From: Macrostomum lignano
Lineage: Eukaryota
Reading direction: 5' to 3'
Assembly (NCBI GenBank): GCA_002269645.1
Contig: NIVC01001798.1
Span: 171,987-235,986 of the forward strand
Length of the DNA: 64,000 bases
How positions within the stretch are numbered: the first letter of the stretch is position 1; the number at the start of each line of letters is the position of its first letter. The notes below the pieces were generated by a model. It was not told the DNA's origin. It saw only the letters and a program-made list of their open reading frames with translations, and did not search any database. Made by a program: the position numbers and the translations under genes. Positions 14,467 through 40,021 of this stretch are shown one piece after another.

Positions 14467-15088
14467 GCACGGCATGGAGAAACACTGAAGGAAGCGGAAG
14501 TCTTTAATTTCTTTCTTTGTTGTATTTCGATGGAAGAAGATTCCGGAGGCTTGTAATCTACCAAACACTGGCCTAGAAGTTGTTTATACTAGCGCGCGCG
14601 AATTTAAATACGAGTAAAAGCTTGATTTTTATAATTTTAATTCGCTGAACTGTCTTTGGATGTAGCCTTGGCTTTAGTACAGTACTGCACACATCAGCCA
14701 CCCAGATTTAATTGTAGAAAGTTTGGTTTTAACAGAGGGGTAATTCTATTTCATTTTCGGCTTGTAATCTCAAGATCAAATGAACAAATAAACAGTAACT
14801 AACTAGCTTAGCAGCTCTGTGGCTGTGCATTACTATAGACTATACTACTATATAGTCTAGGCAGGCCTGAGTGCTTTGCTAAAGCTAGCACAATGGTACG
14901 GTAGTATTGTAACAATAATAAGAGTGCAGTGCCAACTTCAAATTCAACTTTTCTTCTTTTTATTTTCTTATTGCCTAGTAGCTAGGCCTAGGCTAACAAG
15001 ATTCTTATTTTGCTAATTTCAAACTGGGCCTTTTACTATACTAATTTTGAATTTAATATAATATTTGCATCTATACGAAGCTAAAAGA

Positions 15089-27501
<12,413 letters not shown>

Positions 27502-27624
27502 TGCACTCTCTGTAGCTGCCTTTGCTCCGGCTCAAGGTTTGGAAGAAAATAAAAAACTGTTAAATAGTTGAAAAATCCGCAAACAAATTTCCCCGAAATT
27601 TAATTTTTCCTAAAACGTAATTAT

Positions 27625-28085
27625 ACCCAAACTTAACTATCCCCAAACTTAACTATCCCCAAACTTAATTATCCCCAAACTTAATTATCCCCAAACTTAA
27701 CTATCCCCAAACTTAATTATCCCCAAACTTAACTATCCCCAAACTTAATTATCCCCAAACTTAATTATCCCCAAACTTAATTATCCCCAAACTTAATTAT
27801 CCCCAAACTTAATTATCCCCAAACTTAATTATCCCCAAACTTAACTATCCCCAAACTTAATTATCCCCAAACTTAACTATCCCCAAACTTAACTATCCTC
27901 AAACTTAATTATCCCCAAACTTAATTATCCCCAAACTTAATTATCCCCAAACTTAACTATCCCCAAACTTAACTATCCCCAAACTTAACTATCCCCAAAC
28001 TTAACTATCCCCAAACTTAACTATCCCCAAACTTAACTATCCCTAAATGCAATATTTTGCAAACTTAACTATCCCCAGAATTCGT
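27625..28085. repeat. 16-bp minisatellite (TTAAYTATCCCCAAAC) just 3' of the EFR3 stop
   Basis: About 26 copies. Confidence 0.95.
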
Positions 28086-28619
28086 TATTCCAACTATTCT
28101 AACCTTGAAAATTGCGTCAAGTACATTTTCATAAAAAAATAGATTCATAGATTTTTTATTCTTATTTTAATTACTACAACTAAATGTATTACTAACAGTA
28201 GTAAGAGAAACAATCGATTAATTTTCTTTCGACAATTTTCCGAATCTTTAATGTATCTATAGCCAATTAGCAGAATTTGCTGTGTTAGTTTTTATAAATT
28301 TGACTTTCATTTAGCATTTCTTCGCACGCGTGACTTAGTGATTTTTTCCTCTTCAAAAAACATTTTACATTCCAGTGCCGGGTGTTGCAGTCCGATTGCT
28401 TAAAATTCCCAATAATATTACATTTTTCGATTACTTTCTTCCTGCTGGCCCAGTTGTCTTCCTAGTTTTTTTGGATAAGTGTAAGTTTTTCTATTGTACT
28501 GTTGGTTCAGGTAACTTCACTTGACTATAGTTGTTGTGTTCATTTTCACTTTTTTGGCTATTGTGTATTGTGGACTTTTGATTCGTTATTTTTGACATTT
28601 TGCCAGTAGTTTTTTAACC

Positions 28620-29490
28620 CTGATCATTTCTTTGACCCCTGACCCGTTTGGTCCTTGACCCATTTGACTCCTGACCCATATGACTCGTGACCTATTTGAC
28701 TCCATACCTATTTAATCCATGACCCATATGACCCTCTGACCCATTTGACTTCTGACCCATTTGACTCCTGACCCATCATGTCCCATTTGGCTCCTGACCC
28801 ATATGACTCGTGACCTATTTGACTCCATACTTATTTATAATCCATGACCCATTTGACTCCTGACCCATTTGACTCCTGACCCATTTGACTCCTGACCCAT
28901 TTGACTCCTAACCCATTTGACTCCTGACCCATTTGACTTCTGACCAATTTCACCCCTGACCCATTTGACTCGTGACCCGTTTGAATCGTGACCCATTTGA
29001 ATCCTGACACATTTGACTCCTGACCCATTTGACTTCTGACCAATTTCACCAATGACCCATTTGACTCGTGACCCGTTTGAATCGTGACCCATTTGAATCC
29101 TGACACATTTGACCCCTGACCCATTTGACTCGTGTCCCATTTGGCTTGTGACCCATTTGACTCATGACCCATTTGGCTTGTGACCCATTTGAATCCTGAC
29201 ACATTTGACCCCTAGCCCGTTTGAATCGTGACCCATTTGAATCCTGACACATTTGACCCCTGACCCATTTGACTCGTGTCCCATTTGGCTTGTGACCCAT
29301 TTGACTCGTGACCCATTTGGCTTGTGACCCATTTGAATCCTGACACATTTGACCCCTAGCCCGTTTGAATCGTGACCCATTTGAATCCTGACACATTTGA
29401 CCCCTGACCCATTTGACTCGTGTCCCATTTGGCTTGTGACCCATTTGGTTCGTGACCCATTTGACTCCTGACCCATTTGACACGTGACAC
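28620..29490. repeat. ~16-bp minisatellite (TGACCCATTTGACTCC variants)
   Basis: Direct reading. Confidence 0.93.
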
Positions 29491-29984
29491 ATGAAATTTC
29501 TGCCTTTTTAATCCTGTTTAATAAGTTGCGGGTCTTAAACACTTTTTCTATCCTTGAAACATTCGTTCTATTGTTCTAAAGTTCTTAATGTCCTAATTAT
29601 GCACTTATTTTTCCCATTTGCTGTGTTCATAGCGAATCAAATTTATTAATAATGACTGTCACAATATGAATTCCGTCGGTCAATTTTTTTATTCCCCAGT
29701 TCCTTACTTATTGCCTAGATGATCTATTTGCAGTAAATTGAATGGAAATGCACCTTGAAAATATTTTTACACATGGCTGAATTTATTTTTTTAACCACGT
29801 GCTTTAATTTTGATTTGTTCAATTCTTACAAAAATATATTTAATAATTGACATTGTGATTTATTTATCAATAAAATATGCGCTTATATTGCAGAGCGTTG
29901 AGTTGAAACTAAATTTACTTAAACTAACTTCAGTGCTCCGAATTTCTCAAAAATACGAGTATTTAGCCAAACACTTTCCAGTTC

Positions 29985-30928
29985 CTTAGTTGCTGGGCCA
30001 GCCTCCCAGATCCTCAGTTGCTGGGCCAGCTTCCCAGATCCTCAGTTGCTGGGCCAGCTTCCCAGATCCTCAGTTGCTGGGCCAGCCTCCCAGAGTGTCA
30101 GTTGCTGGGCCAGCCTCCCAGAGTGTCAGTTGCTGGGCCAGCCTCCAAGATCCTCAGTTGCTGGGCCAGCCTCCCAGAGTGTCAGTTGCTGGGCCAGCCT
30201 CCCAGAGTGTCAGTTGCTGGGCCAGCCTCCCAGAGTGTCAGTTGCTGGGCCAGCCTCCCAGAGTGTCAGTTGCTGGGCCAGCCTCCCAGAGTGTCAGTTG
30301 CTGGGCCAGCCTCCCAGAGTGTCAGTTGCTTGGCCAGCCTCCCAGATCCTCAGTTGCTGGGCCAGCCTCCCAGATCCTCAGTTGCTGGGCCAGCCTCTTA
30401 GATATTCAGTTGCTGTGCCAGCCTACCAGAGTGTCAGTTGCTGGGCCAGCCTCCCAGAGTGTCAGTTGCTGTGCCAGCCTCCCAAATCCTCAGTTGCTGG
30501 GCCAGCCTCTCAAATCCTCAGTTGCTGGGCCAGCCTCTCAAATCCTCAGTTGCTGGGCCAGCCTCCCAGAGTGTCAGTTGCTGTGCCAACCTCCCAGAGT
30601 GTCAGTTGCTGGGCCAGCCTCCCAGAGTGTCAGTTGCTGTGCCAGCCTCCCAGATCCTCAGTTGCTGGGCCAGCCTCCCAGATCCTCAGTTGCTGGGCCA
30701 GCCTCCTAGAGTGTCAGTTGCTGGGCCAGCCTCCCAGATCCTCAGTTGCTGTGCCAGCCTCCCAGAGTGTCAGTGGCTGGGCCAGCCTCCCAGAGTGTCA
30801 GTTGCTGGGCCACACTCCCAGAGTGTCAGTTGCTGGGCCAGCCTCCCAGAGTGTCAGTTGCTGGGCCAGCCTCCCAGAGTGTCTGTTGCTGGGCCAGCCT
30901 CCCAAATCATCAGTTGCTGGGCCAGCCT
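29985..30928. repeat. 28-bp minisatellite (CCAGATCCTCAGTTGCTGGGCCAGCCTC / CCAGAGTGTCAG...) upstream of LENG1
   Basis: About 33 copies of two alternating variants. Confidence 0.96.
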
Positions 30929-31028
30929 TTCTTCACAATCAAAAACCTGTATTTTCCTGTCTCGTTACATAAACTTCTATACATATCGGCGTCAAACCAA
31001 ACCCGTAGCAGCCGCCGGCCAGTCAGCC

Positions 31029-31817
31029 ATGAACATCCTGCCCAAGAAGCGCTGGCACGTCCGCACCAAGGAGAACATCGCTCGGGTGCGGGCGGATGAA
31101 ACCGCCGCGGCCGATGAGCGGCGTCGTCAGGAGCTGCGGGCGGCCGACGCCGAGTCCGAGCGCCGACTGGCCGAGCTGCGCGCCAGAGCCGGTGCAACCG
31201 TCGCCATCGCTGCTTCGACATTGTCGAGCGCCGACGTCACCGACACCGGCAACGCCGACAGAGCGGCGGAGGAGCGGCAGCGCGAGCGCGACGCCGAACG
31301 AGCCATTGGGTTGCGCAACGTCTTCGCCGAAGGCGCCGACGCTCGCGCCTGGTGGATGGATGCGCCGTCGACGTCGTCGACCGATGATTGTCGCCGACAC
31401 GCCGAGCTGGAGCTGGTTAAAAAGTCTCGCCTTGATCCCATGGCCGCGTGCCGTCGGTCAGCTGCTTCGGCGTCGACATCTTCGGCCTCTGCCGCCGTGT
31501 CTTCGACATTGTCGTCAAAGCCGTCGACATCAGTGAAGTTGCCGACAAACAAACCGGCTGACGATATCCGAGCGCCGGCGCGGAGTTCGGCCGGTCGCGC
31601 CGGCGGCAGCGGCGAATCGACGCTCGAACGGCTACGGCGAGAACGACTGGAGCGGGAGAGGGCGGAGCGGCTGCGGGCGAACCGGTTGCTAGGCCGGCAG
31701 AGGTCCAGGTCGAGATCGCCTGTGTCGCCGTCGCCGCCGCCGCCGCTTGACGACCGGCAGCGGCCGTACAATTCTATGTTTAATCCCCAGCTGGCTAGGC
31801 AGAATAGGAAGCGCTGA
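31029..31817 (+). CDS. LENG1: Leukocyte receptor cluster member 1 homolog (CIR N-terminal motif), single coding exon, 262 aa
   Basis: Starts [24 protein letters not shown] (LENG1 [24 protein letters not shown]) and ends [18 protein letters not shown]; GCCATG context; the upstream extension in the ORF track is minisatellite-derived. Confidence 0.92.
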   Translation: MNILPKKRWHVRTKENIARVRADETAAADERRRQELRAADAESERRLAELRARAGATVAIAASTLSSADVTDTGNADRAAEERQRERDAERAIGLRNVFAEGADARAWWMDAPSTSSTDDCRRHAELELVKKSRLDPMAACRRSAASASTSSASAAVSSTLSSKPSTSVKLPTNKPADDIRAPARSSAGRAGGSGESTLERLRRERLERERAERLRANRLLGRQRSRSRSPVSPSPPPPLDDRQRPYNSMFNPQLARQNRKR

Positions 31818-31849
31818 TTGGGATCGTGTGTGTCCGATATTCCCCATTT

Positions 31850-31990
31850 ATGATCCCCTATACCGGTATCTGATCCCCTTATCTCTGATCCCTTTATTCC
31901 TGATCCCTTATCTCTGATCCCCTTACCCTGATCCCTTTATCTCTGATCCCCTTACCCTGATCCCTTTATCTCTGATCCCCTTTATCTCTA
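31850..31990. repeat. Short diverged repeat (TGATCCCCTTATCTC)
   Basis: Direct reading. Confidence 0.8.
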
Positions 31991-32454
31991 CACCCCGTGC
32001 CTCTAGTCCTCTCATCTTCGATCTCCTCATTGCTGAATCAAAATTACGAACTCCTATTATCATGAGTACGAGCGTACCTTTTTCTAACAAACGACTGTAG
32101 TTAAGCTACCCTCTTATTAAATAATTTTAGCCATAGCGCGGCATTAATGCGTTCATTTGCGGCTTTACCGGTTCGAAAATTGTAAATAAATTTGTTTCAA
32201 CACTTCCTGACTTTGAGAGCAACATAATGTGTAGTTATGTTTTTAATAAATTATTTTAATAAATATCCTGGTGCTTGTGCAGTGTACTTTGCGGCTTTCT
32301 AGTTTGATAAAGTATTTTCTGGGGACCTCCGAACACTTTGTCTCTATCTTGTCTTGTGCAGCTTATCCAGGCTTTCCATCATACTCCATACGAGTACTCA
32401 CACAAAGTGGCACCCCTTGACAAGTCAAAGTGGTACCCCCCCCCCGACACTTAC

Positions 32455-33400
32455 ATGACATCCCGTGACAGTCAAAGTGACATCCCGTGACAGTCAAAGT
32501 GACATCCCGTGACAGTCAAAGTGACACCCCGTGACAGTCAAAGTGACACCTGTGACAGTCATATTGACATCCCCTGACAGTCAAAATGACACCCCGTGAC
32601 AGTCAAAGTGACACCCCGTGACAGTCAAAGTGACATCCCGTGACAGTCAAAGTGACACCCCCTGACAGTCAAAGTGACATCCCGTGACAGTCAAAGTGAC
32701 ACCCCGTGACAGTCAAAGTGACACCCCCTGACAGTCAAAGTGACATCCCGTGACAGTCAAAGTGACACCCCGTGACAGTCAAAGTGACACCTGTGACAGT
32801 CAAAGTGACATCCCGTGACAGTCAAAGTGACACCCCGTGACAGTCAAAGTGACACCTGTGACAGTCATATTGACATCCCCTGACAGTCAAAGTGACATCC
32901 CGTGACAGTCAAAGTGACACCCCGTGACAGTCAAAGTGACACCTGTGACAGTCAAAGTGACATCCCGTGACAGTCAAAGTGACACCCCGTGACAGTCAAA
33001 GTGACACCTGTGACAGTCATATTGACATCCCCTGACAGTCAAAGTGACATCCCCTGACAGTCAAAGTGACACCCCGTGACAGTCAAAGTGACACCTGTGA
33101 CAGTCAAAGTGACATCCCGTGACAGTCAAAGTGACACCCCGTGACAGTCAAAGTGACACCTGTGACAGTCATATTGACATCCCCTGACAGTCAAAGTGAC
33201 ATCCCCTGACAGTCAAAGTGACACCCCGTGACAGTCAAAGTGACACCTGTGACAGTCAAAGTGACATCCCGTGACAGTCAAAGTGACACCCCGTGACAGT
33301 CAAAGTGACACCTGTGACAGTCATATTGACATCCCCTGACAGTCAAAGTGCATCCCCTGACAGTCAAAGTGACACCCCGTGACAGTCAAAGTGACACCCC
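32455..33400. repeat. 20-22-bp minisatellite (CCCGTGACAGTCAAAGTGACA) upstream of the nucleotidase gene
   Basis: More than 40 copies. Confidence 0.96.
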
Positions 33401-33456
33401 GTATTTACCTTACTCAGGGGTAAATAACATTGGATAAGCCATTCAACCACTGCAGA

Positions 33457-36400
33457 ATGTCTGGCGAATTAACCATCCTGCACTTCAACGATGTGTACAA
33501 TGTTGAACCGGGCGGTGAGGTTGGCGGGGCAGCCAGATTTGTGACCGCCCTGCGCACCTATCGACACCTCAGCCCGCTAGTGCTGTTCTCTGGCGATGTA
33601 TTCAGCCCGTCCACGATCAGCACAGTGACTAAGGGCTCGCATTTGATTGACGTGTTGAAAGCTTGCAGCATTGATGCAGCCTGTTTCGGCAATCATGATT
33701 TCGATTTCGGCATTGACAATCTGGTTCAGTGCTGCGCTGAGACCGGGTTCCCCTGGCTGCTGTCCAACATTATCGATGCTGAGACTGGCGAACCGTTGGC
33801 TGATGCTCGAGAGTTTGTGTGCATCCAGCACGCATTTTCCGGACTGAAGGTTTGAGCTGATTGACTTCAAGTTTTATGCTTGAGTTCGATGCAGTGCTTT
33901 CTCAGACCGAATCTTGTTTCGTAGTCATTGGTCGCCGCCCTACCAGATCTGTTTGGTAGATACGGTCGCCACCCTACCATATCTGTTTGGTAGCTACGGT
34001 CGCCACCCTACCAGATCTGTTTGGTAGATATGGTCGCCACCCTACCAGATCTGTTTGGTAGCTACGGTCGCCACCCTACCAGATCTGTTTGGTAGCTACG
34101 GTCGCCACCCTACCAGATCTGTTTGGTAGCTACGGTCGCCACCCTACCAGATCTGTTTGGTAGCTACGGTCGCCACCCTACCAGATCTGTTTGGTAGCTA
34201 CGGTCGCCACCCTACCAGATCCGTTTGGTAGCTACGGTCGCCACCCTACCAGTTCTGTTTGGTAGATACGGTCGCCACCCTACCAGATCTGTTTGGTAGC
34301 TACGGTCGCCACCCTACCAGATCTGTTTGGTAGCTACGGTCGCCACCCTACCAGATCCGTTTGGTAGCTACGGTCGCCACCCTACCAGTTCTGTTTGGTA
34401 GATACGGTCGCCACCCTACCAGATCTGTTTGGTAGCTACGGTCGCCACCCTACCAGTTCTGTTTGGTAGCTACGGTCGCCACCCTACCAGTTCTGTTTGG
34501 TAGATACGGTCGCCACCCTACCAGATCTGTTTGGTAGATACGGTCGCCATCCTACCAGATCTGTTTGGTAGATACGGTCGCCACCCTACCAGATCTGTTT
34601 GGTAGCTACGGTCGCCACCCTACCAGATCTGTTTGGTAGCTACGGTCGCCACCCTACCAGATCCGTTTGGTAGCTACGGTCGCCACCCTACCAGTTCTGT
34701 TTGGTAGATACGGTCGCCACCCTACCAGATCTGCTTGATAGATACGGTCGCCACCCTACCAGTTCTGTTTGGTAGCTACGGTCGCCACCCTACCAGATCC
34801 GTTTGGTAGCTACGGTCGCCACCCTACCAGTTCTGTTTGGTAGATACGGTCGCCACCCTACCAGATCTGTTTGGTAGCTACGGTCGCCACCCTACCAGTT
34901 CTGTTTGGTAGCTACGGTCGCCACCCTACCAGTTTTGTTTGGTAGATACGGTCGCCACCCTACCAGATCTGTTTGGTAGATACGGTCGCCATCCTACCAG
35001 ATCTGTTTGGTAGATACGGTCGCCACCCTACCAGATCTGTTTGGTAGCTACGGTCGCCACCCTACCAGATCTGTTTGGTAGCTACGGTCGCCACCCTACC
35101 AGTTCTGTTTGGTAGATATGGTCGCCACCCTACCAGATCTGCTTGGTAGATACGGTCGCCATCCTACCAGATCTGTTTGGTAGCTACGGTCGCCATCCTA
35201 CCAGATCTGTTTAGTAGATACGGTCGCCACCCTACCAGTTCTGTTTGGTAGATACGGTCGCCACCCTACCAGATCTGTTTGATAGATACGGTCGCCACCC
35301 TACCAGATCTGTTTGGTAGATACGGTCGCCACTCTACCAGATCCTCAGTTGCTGGGCCAGCCTCATAAATTGTCTCCTCTCCGCACTTTCAAAGGTGGGC
35401 ATCATCGGCCTAGTGGAGCTAGAATGGGTGGACACCCTGTCTTCAATAGACGCTGATGACATTGAATTCTTTGACTTTTGCGAGCTCGGCGAAGAGCTGG
35501 CCAAGCAGTTGAAAGAGGGGCCGGAAGCCTGCGACCTGGTGCTGGCGCTCACCCACATGCGCTGGCCTAACGATCGCAAACTGGCGAGGGCTGCCCGGTA
35601 TATTGACGTCATTCTGGGTGTGTAAAAATAATTTTGTTTAATAATCCTACGTCCTACGACTTGCTCTCTAAAGAGTTAGTGCACATTTTACTTTGCGACA
35701 GATAGAAATAGTGTTTCTATTTTTAGTAAATCACGTAATTATATAGCGAGTGTGACGTAATTAATTGAATTATGCATAGATATTTCATTCATACTATGAT
35801 TTAATAATCCTAATAATCTATTTTAGTGTTTTTAAATACTGTACAAAGAAGTTCTTCGCTTATTTTATTTATTAATTTCAATTGAAAAAGCACGCGATCA
35901 CATGGTTTCTATTTTTAGCAACTGACGTCATTCAGTGGTGACGTCAGAATTTTTTATTGAATATTTATCAAATTTTAGTCAATCTGCGATCACATGGTTT
36001 CTATTTTTAGTAACTGACGTCATTCAGTGGTGACGTCATATTTTTTATTGAATCTTTATCAAATTGTAGGCGGTCACGATCACAACTACGGCATTGAGTT
36101 CGTCAACAATCGTCTCATCCTGAAGAGCGGCACAGATTTTCGACAATTCACAGTTGTCACCTTGGCAACGCCATCGCGATCTACATGTACAACTGGTCAG
36201 CCGAGCATTCCCTTAGAGATTCGACTCGAAACTGTCGACGTTGTTGGTAGCAGATTCGCGGAGGATCCGACAGTGGCCAAAGCAGTCGCTGGTCACGTGA
36301 CAAATCTCGAGCGGAGCATGCAGAGGGAGCTGGGCTCCATCGATTGCCCGCTGGAGTGCTGGTTTAGCCATGTTCGAACTCAGGAGACCAACTTGGGAAA

Positions 36401-39400
36401 TTTGTTTACTGACATTGTGCTCACGGCTTTGCAGGTGAGTCAGCTTGTTCTGCGCCCCCCCAAACATTAAAAAGAATCGCCCCCAACCCTACAGTCGCCC
36501 CCAACCCTACAATCGCCCCCAACCCTGCTGAGAATCGCCCCCAACCCTTCAGTCGCCCCCAACCCTACAATCGCCCCCAACCCTGCTGAGAATCGCCCCC
36601 AACCCTACAGTCGCCCCCAACCCTACAATCGCCCCCAACCCTGCTGAGAATCGCCCCTAACCCTACAGAGTCGTCCCCAACCCTACAGAGAATCGCCCCA
36701 GCCCTACAGAGAATCGCCCCCAACCCGACCGATAATCTACAATCAGGCCGACTTCGTTCTCGTCAATTCCGGTTCCTTCCGAGCCGACTGCGTACTTCCG
36801 GCCGGGCCCTTCCGTTTAGGCGACCTGCACCGAGTGCTGCCAATGCTGGACCCCATGGTGGTGCTGGAGATCGATGCCAAAGGCGTGCTGTCTGTTCTTG
36901 AGAACGGCGTCTCCCAGTGGCCCGCTTTGGAGGGCCGATTCCCGCAGGTGATTCATGGGAGCCGGACTGTGAGACTGGAGTGACGCAAACAGCACCAAGA
37001 GTGACACACACAGACACGAGTAGCGGGAGTGACACAAACTGCACCAAGAGTGATACACACAGCAGCGAGAGTGACACACACACAGCAGCGAATGTGACAT
37101 ACACAGCACCAAGAGTGACACACACAGCAGCGAGAGTGACACACACAGCAGCGAAGGTGACATACACAGGACCAAGAGTGACACACACAGCAGCGGGAGT
37201 GACACACACAGCACCAAGAGTGACACACACACACACCACACACAGCAGCGCCCCAACCCTAGTCTCCCAGTGGCCCGCTTTGGAGGGCCGATTCCCGCAG
37301 GTGATTCATGGGAGCCGGACTGTGAGACTGGAGTGACGCAAACAGCACCAAGAGTGACACACAGACACGAGTAGCGGGAGTGACACAAACTGCACCAAGA
37401 GTGATACACACAGCAGCGAGAGTGACACACACACAGCAGCGAAGGTGACATACACAGCACCAAGAGTGACACACACAGCAGCGAGAGTGACACACACAGC
37501 AGCGAAGGTGACATACACAGGACCAAGAGTGACACACACAGCAGCGGGAGTGACACACACAGCACCAAGAGTGACACACACACACACACCACACACAGCA
37601 GCGGGAGTGAGACACACAGCACCAAGAGTGACACACACAGCAGCGAGAGTGACACACACTGCACTAAGAGTGACACACACAGCAGCGAGAGTGACACACA
37701 CTGCACTAAGAGTGACACACACACAGCTTCAAAAGTGACACACACAGCAGCGGGAGTGACACACACAGCAGCGGGAGTGACACACACAGCAGCGGGAGTG
37801 ACACACAGCAGCGGGAGTGACACACACACAGCTTCAAGAGTGACACACACAGCAGCGGGAGTGACACACACACAGCACCAAGAGTGACACACACACAGCT
37901 TCATGAGTGACACACACACAGCTTCATGAGTGCCACACACACAGCTTCATGAGTGACACACACACAGCTTCATGAGTGACACACACACAGCTTCATGAGT
38001 GACACACACACAGCTTCATGAGTGACACACACACAGCTTCATGAGTGACACACACACAGCTTCATGAGTGACACACACACAGCTTCATGAGTGACACACA
38101 CACAGCTTCATGAGTGACACACACACAGCTTCATGAGTGACACACACACAGCTTCATGAGTGACACACACACAGCTTCATGAGTGACACACACACAGCTT
38201 CAAGAGTGACACACAGTCCAAACTGGGCCCTGCAGGTGTCCGGAATCAAATTCCGATTCGACGGTTCCCGCCCGGCCGGTTCCCGAGTTGATCCAAGCAG
38301 TGTCCGGATTGGTGGACGAAAACTTCGCTCGGACGCCGTGTACCGCATGGCAACCAAGCAGTACCTGTACACCGGCCGCGACGGTTACGACATGCTGCCC
38401 AACTGTCGGCTTCTTGTCGACGACGAAGAAGGCCCTATCTGGAGCGTAGCTGTGCAGAACTATTTCCTTGCTAGCGCCGTACTGCATGGCTGGCAACAAT
38501 TGCATAATCAGCGACACAGGCATCGCTTGATCTCCATGCAACGCCGCAGGACCCTCACCGGCCAGGTGTCCGTCTCTCTGGCTGCCAGGCTTGAAGTCGT
38601 GGCAACGGCAGCCGCTACAGCCAACGCCAACGAGGCTGATCCGTCAGATGAAACTGTGGCCGACGCGGGATTCGATCTATCAGCGGTGACCGACGCCGCT
38701 GGCTGCGAGGGCCAGGTGATGAAGAATCGGCGAAGTTCCGAAGGGTAAGATGCCGAATGCTGGGTTGGTTGAAATTTTCCTCCTGTGTCTCTGTAGGTCT
38801 GGGATTCACCATCGGCTGTTGTAATTGGAATTCCCCTTAAAATGTGCATTCACGATTGGGATTCCCCTTTAACGACCTTGGCGACTGGGTTTCCTATCCA
38901 ACGTCTATTCGTGATTGGGATTTCCCTTTAACAACCTTGGCGACTGGGATTCCCATCCAACGTCTATTCGTGATTGGGATTTCCCTTTAACGACCTTGGC
39001 GATTGGGATTCCCATCCAACGTCTATTCGTGATTGGGATTTCCCTTTAACGACCTTGGCGACTCGGATTCCCACCCAAGTTCCAACAGCAATTCATATTG
39101 GGATCTCCCTTTGACGACCTTGGCGACTGGGGCTCCCATCAAACGGCCAATTGGAATTCCCCTTAAATGTTCATTGGTTATTGAGATTCCTTTTCACATT
39201 CATTTACGATTATACTTCCTATTTAACGGCCATTAGGAAATTCCTAATTTGAAATTCGAAATTTGAAATTCCTCTATAGCCCATTTGTGATTGAAATTTT
39301 TTCAAGGATTTGGGTTCTCCTCCAATGCCCTTCGAGACAAGAATTTCCCTGAAATTGAGATTGGAATTTCGCTCGAACGTCTAGTTGGGACTGGCATTTT

Positions 39401-40021
39401 CCGAGTTTAAGACTGGGATTCCCCAAATGACCCCTTAATGACTGGGATTCCCCATTAATGGCTCTTTATGACTAGGATTCCCCCCTAATGGCTCTTCATG
39501 GCTAGGATTCCCCGCTAATGGCTCGTCATGATTGGGATTCCCCCTAATGGCTCTTCATGATTAGGATCCCCCCTAACGGCCCTTCTTAACGTCCTTATTA
39601 ATTAATTGTAAGCGAATGAATCCATGCATGCATAATTGGGGTTCCCCAAAATACGCAGTAGTGTTTGATGAAATTGCAATCATCTTTGCGGACTGGACTT
39701 TCTCTTAAACTGTCCGTCTTTGTCTGCTCGACCGTCCTCAGCAGTCAACGCGCGAAGACGACCCGCGAACGCTGGGCAATGGTCCGTCGGCGGGTTCTGA
39801 TGGATCGTGAGGAGGCGAAACTGCTGTCGGACCGCAGACCTCTTTGTCCCCAAGTCGAGGGTCGGATTGTCCAGGGCACCTGGAGTGAAACCGAGGAACC
39901 CGATGAAGAGGAAGAGGAGCAGGATGAACAAAGAGCAGTCGACGAAATAAAAGATGAAGATTTAGTAGACCTGGAACTATCTGCTGCAAATGCTGGAGCT
40001 ACTGTTGATCTGAAACAATAA
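33457..40021 (+). CDS. 5'-nucleotidase/apyrase-family calcineurin-like metallophosphoesterase with a 5'-nucleotidase C-terminal domain, no signal peptide; 6 exons, ~656 aa
   Basis: Exons 33457-33849, 35395-35617, 36070-36434, 36747-36947, 38236-38744, 39742-40021; phase-consistent (1971 nt). Motifs LHFNDVY, LFSGDVF, FGNHDFDFG, PWLLSN, ALTHM, LGGHDH, ETNLGNL, NSGSFR, LENGVS...GRFPQVSG, PQVEGRI. Confidence 0.9.
33930..35340. repeat. 34-bp minisatellite (CTACCAGATCTGTTTGGTAGCTACGGTCGCCACC), nucleotidase intron 1
   Basis: About 41 copies; each contains a CTACCA...TGGTAG hairpin. Confidence 0.96.
36476..36730. repeat. C-rich repeat (AATCGCCCCCAACCCTACAG), nucleotidase intron 3
   Basis: Direct reading. 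Confidence 0.9.
36970..38212. repeat. GAGTGACACACACAGC-type minisatellite including a ~350-bp duplication, nucleotidase intron 4
   Basis: Direct reading; 36909-~37250 is repeated from 37262. Confidence 0.93.
38815..39600. repeat. Diverged GACTGGGATTCCC-type tandem repeats, nucleotidase intron 5
   Basis: Direct reading. Confidence 0.8.
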
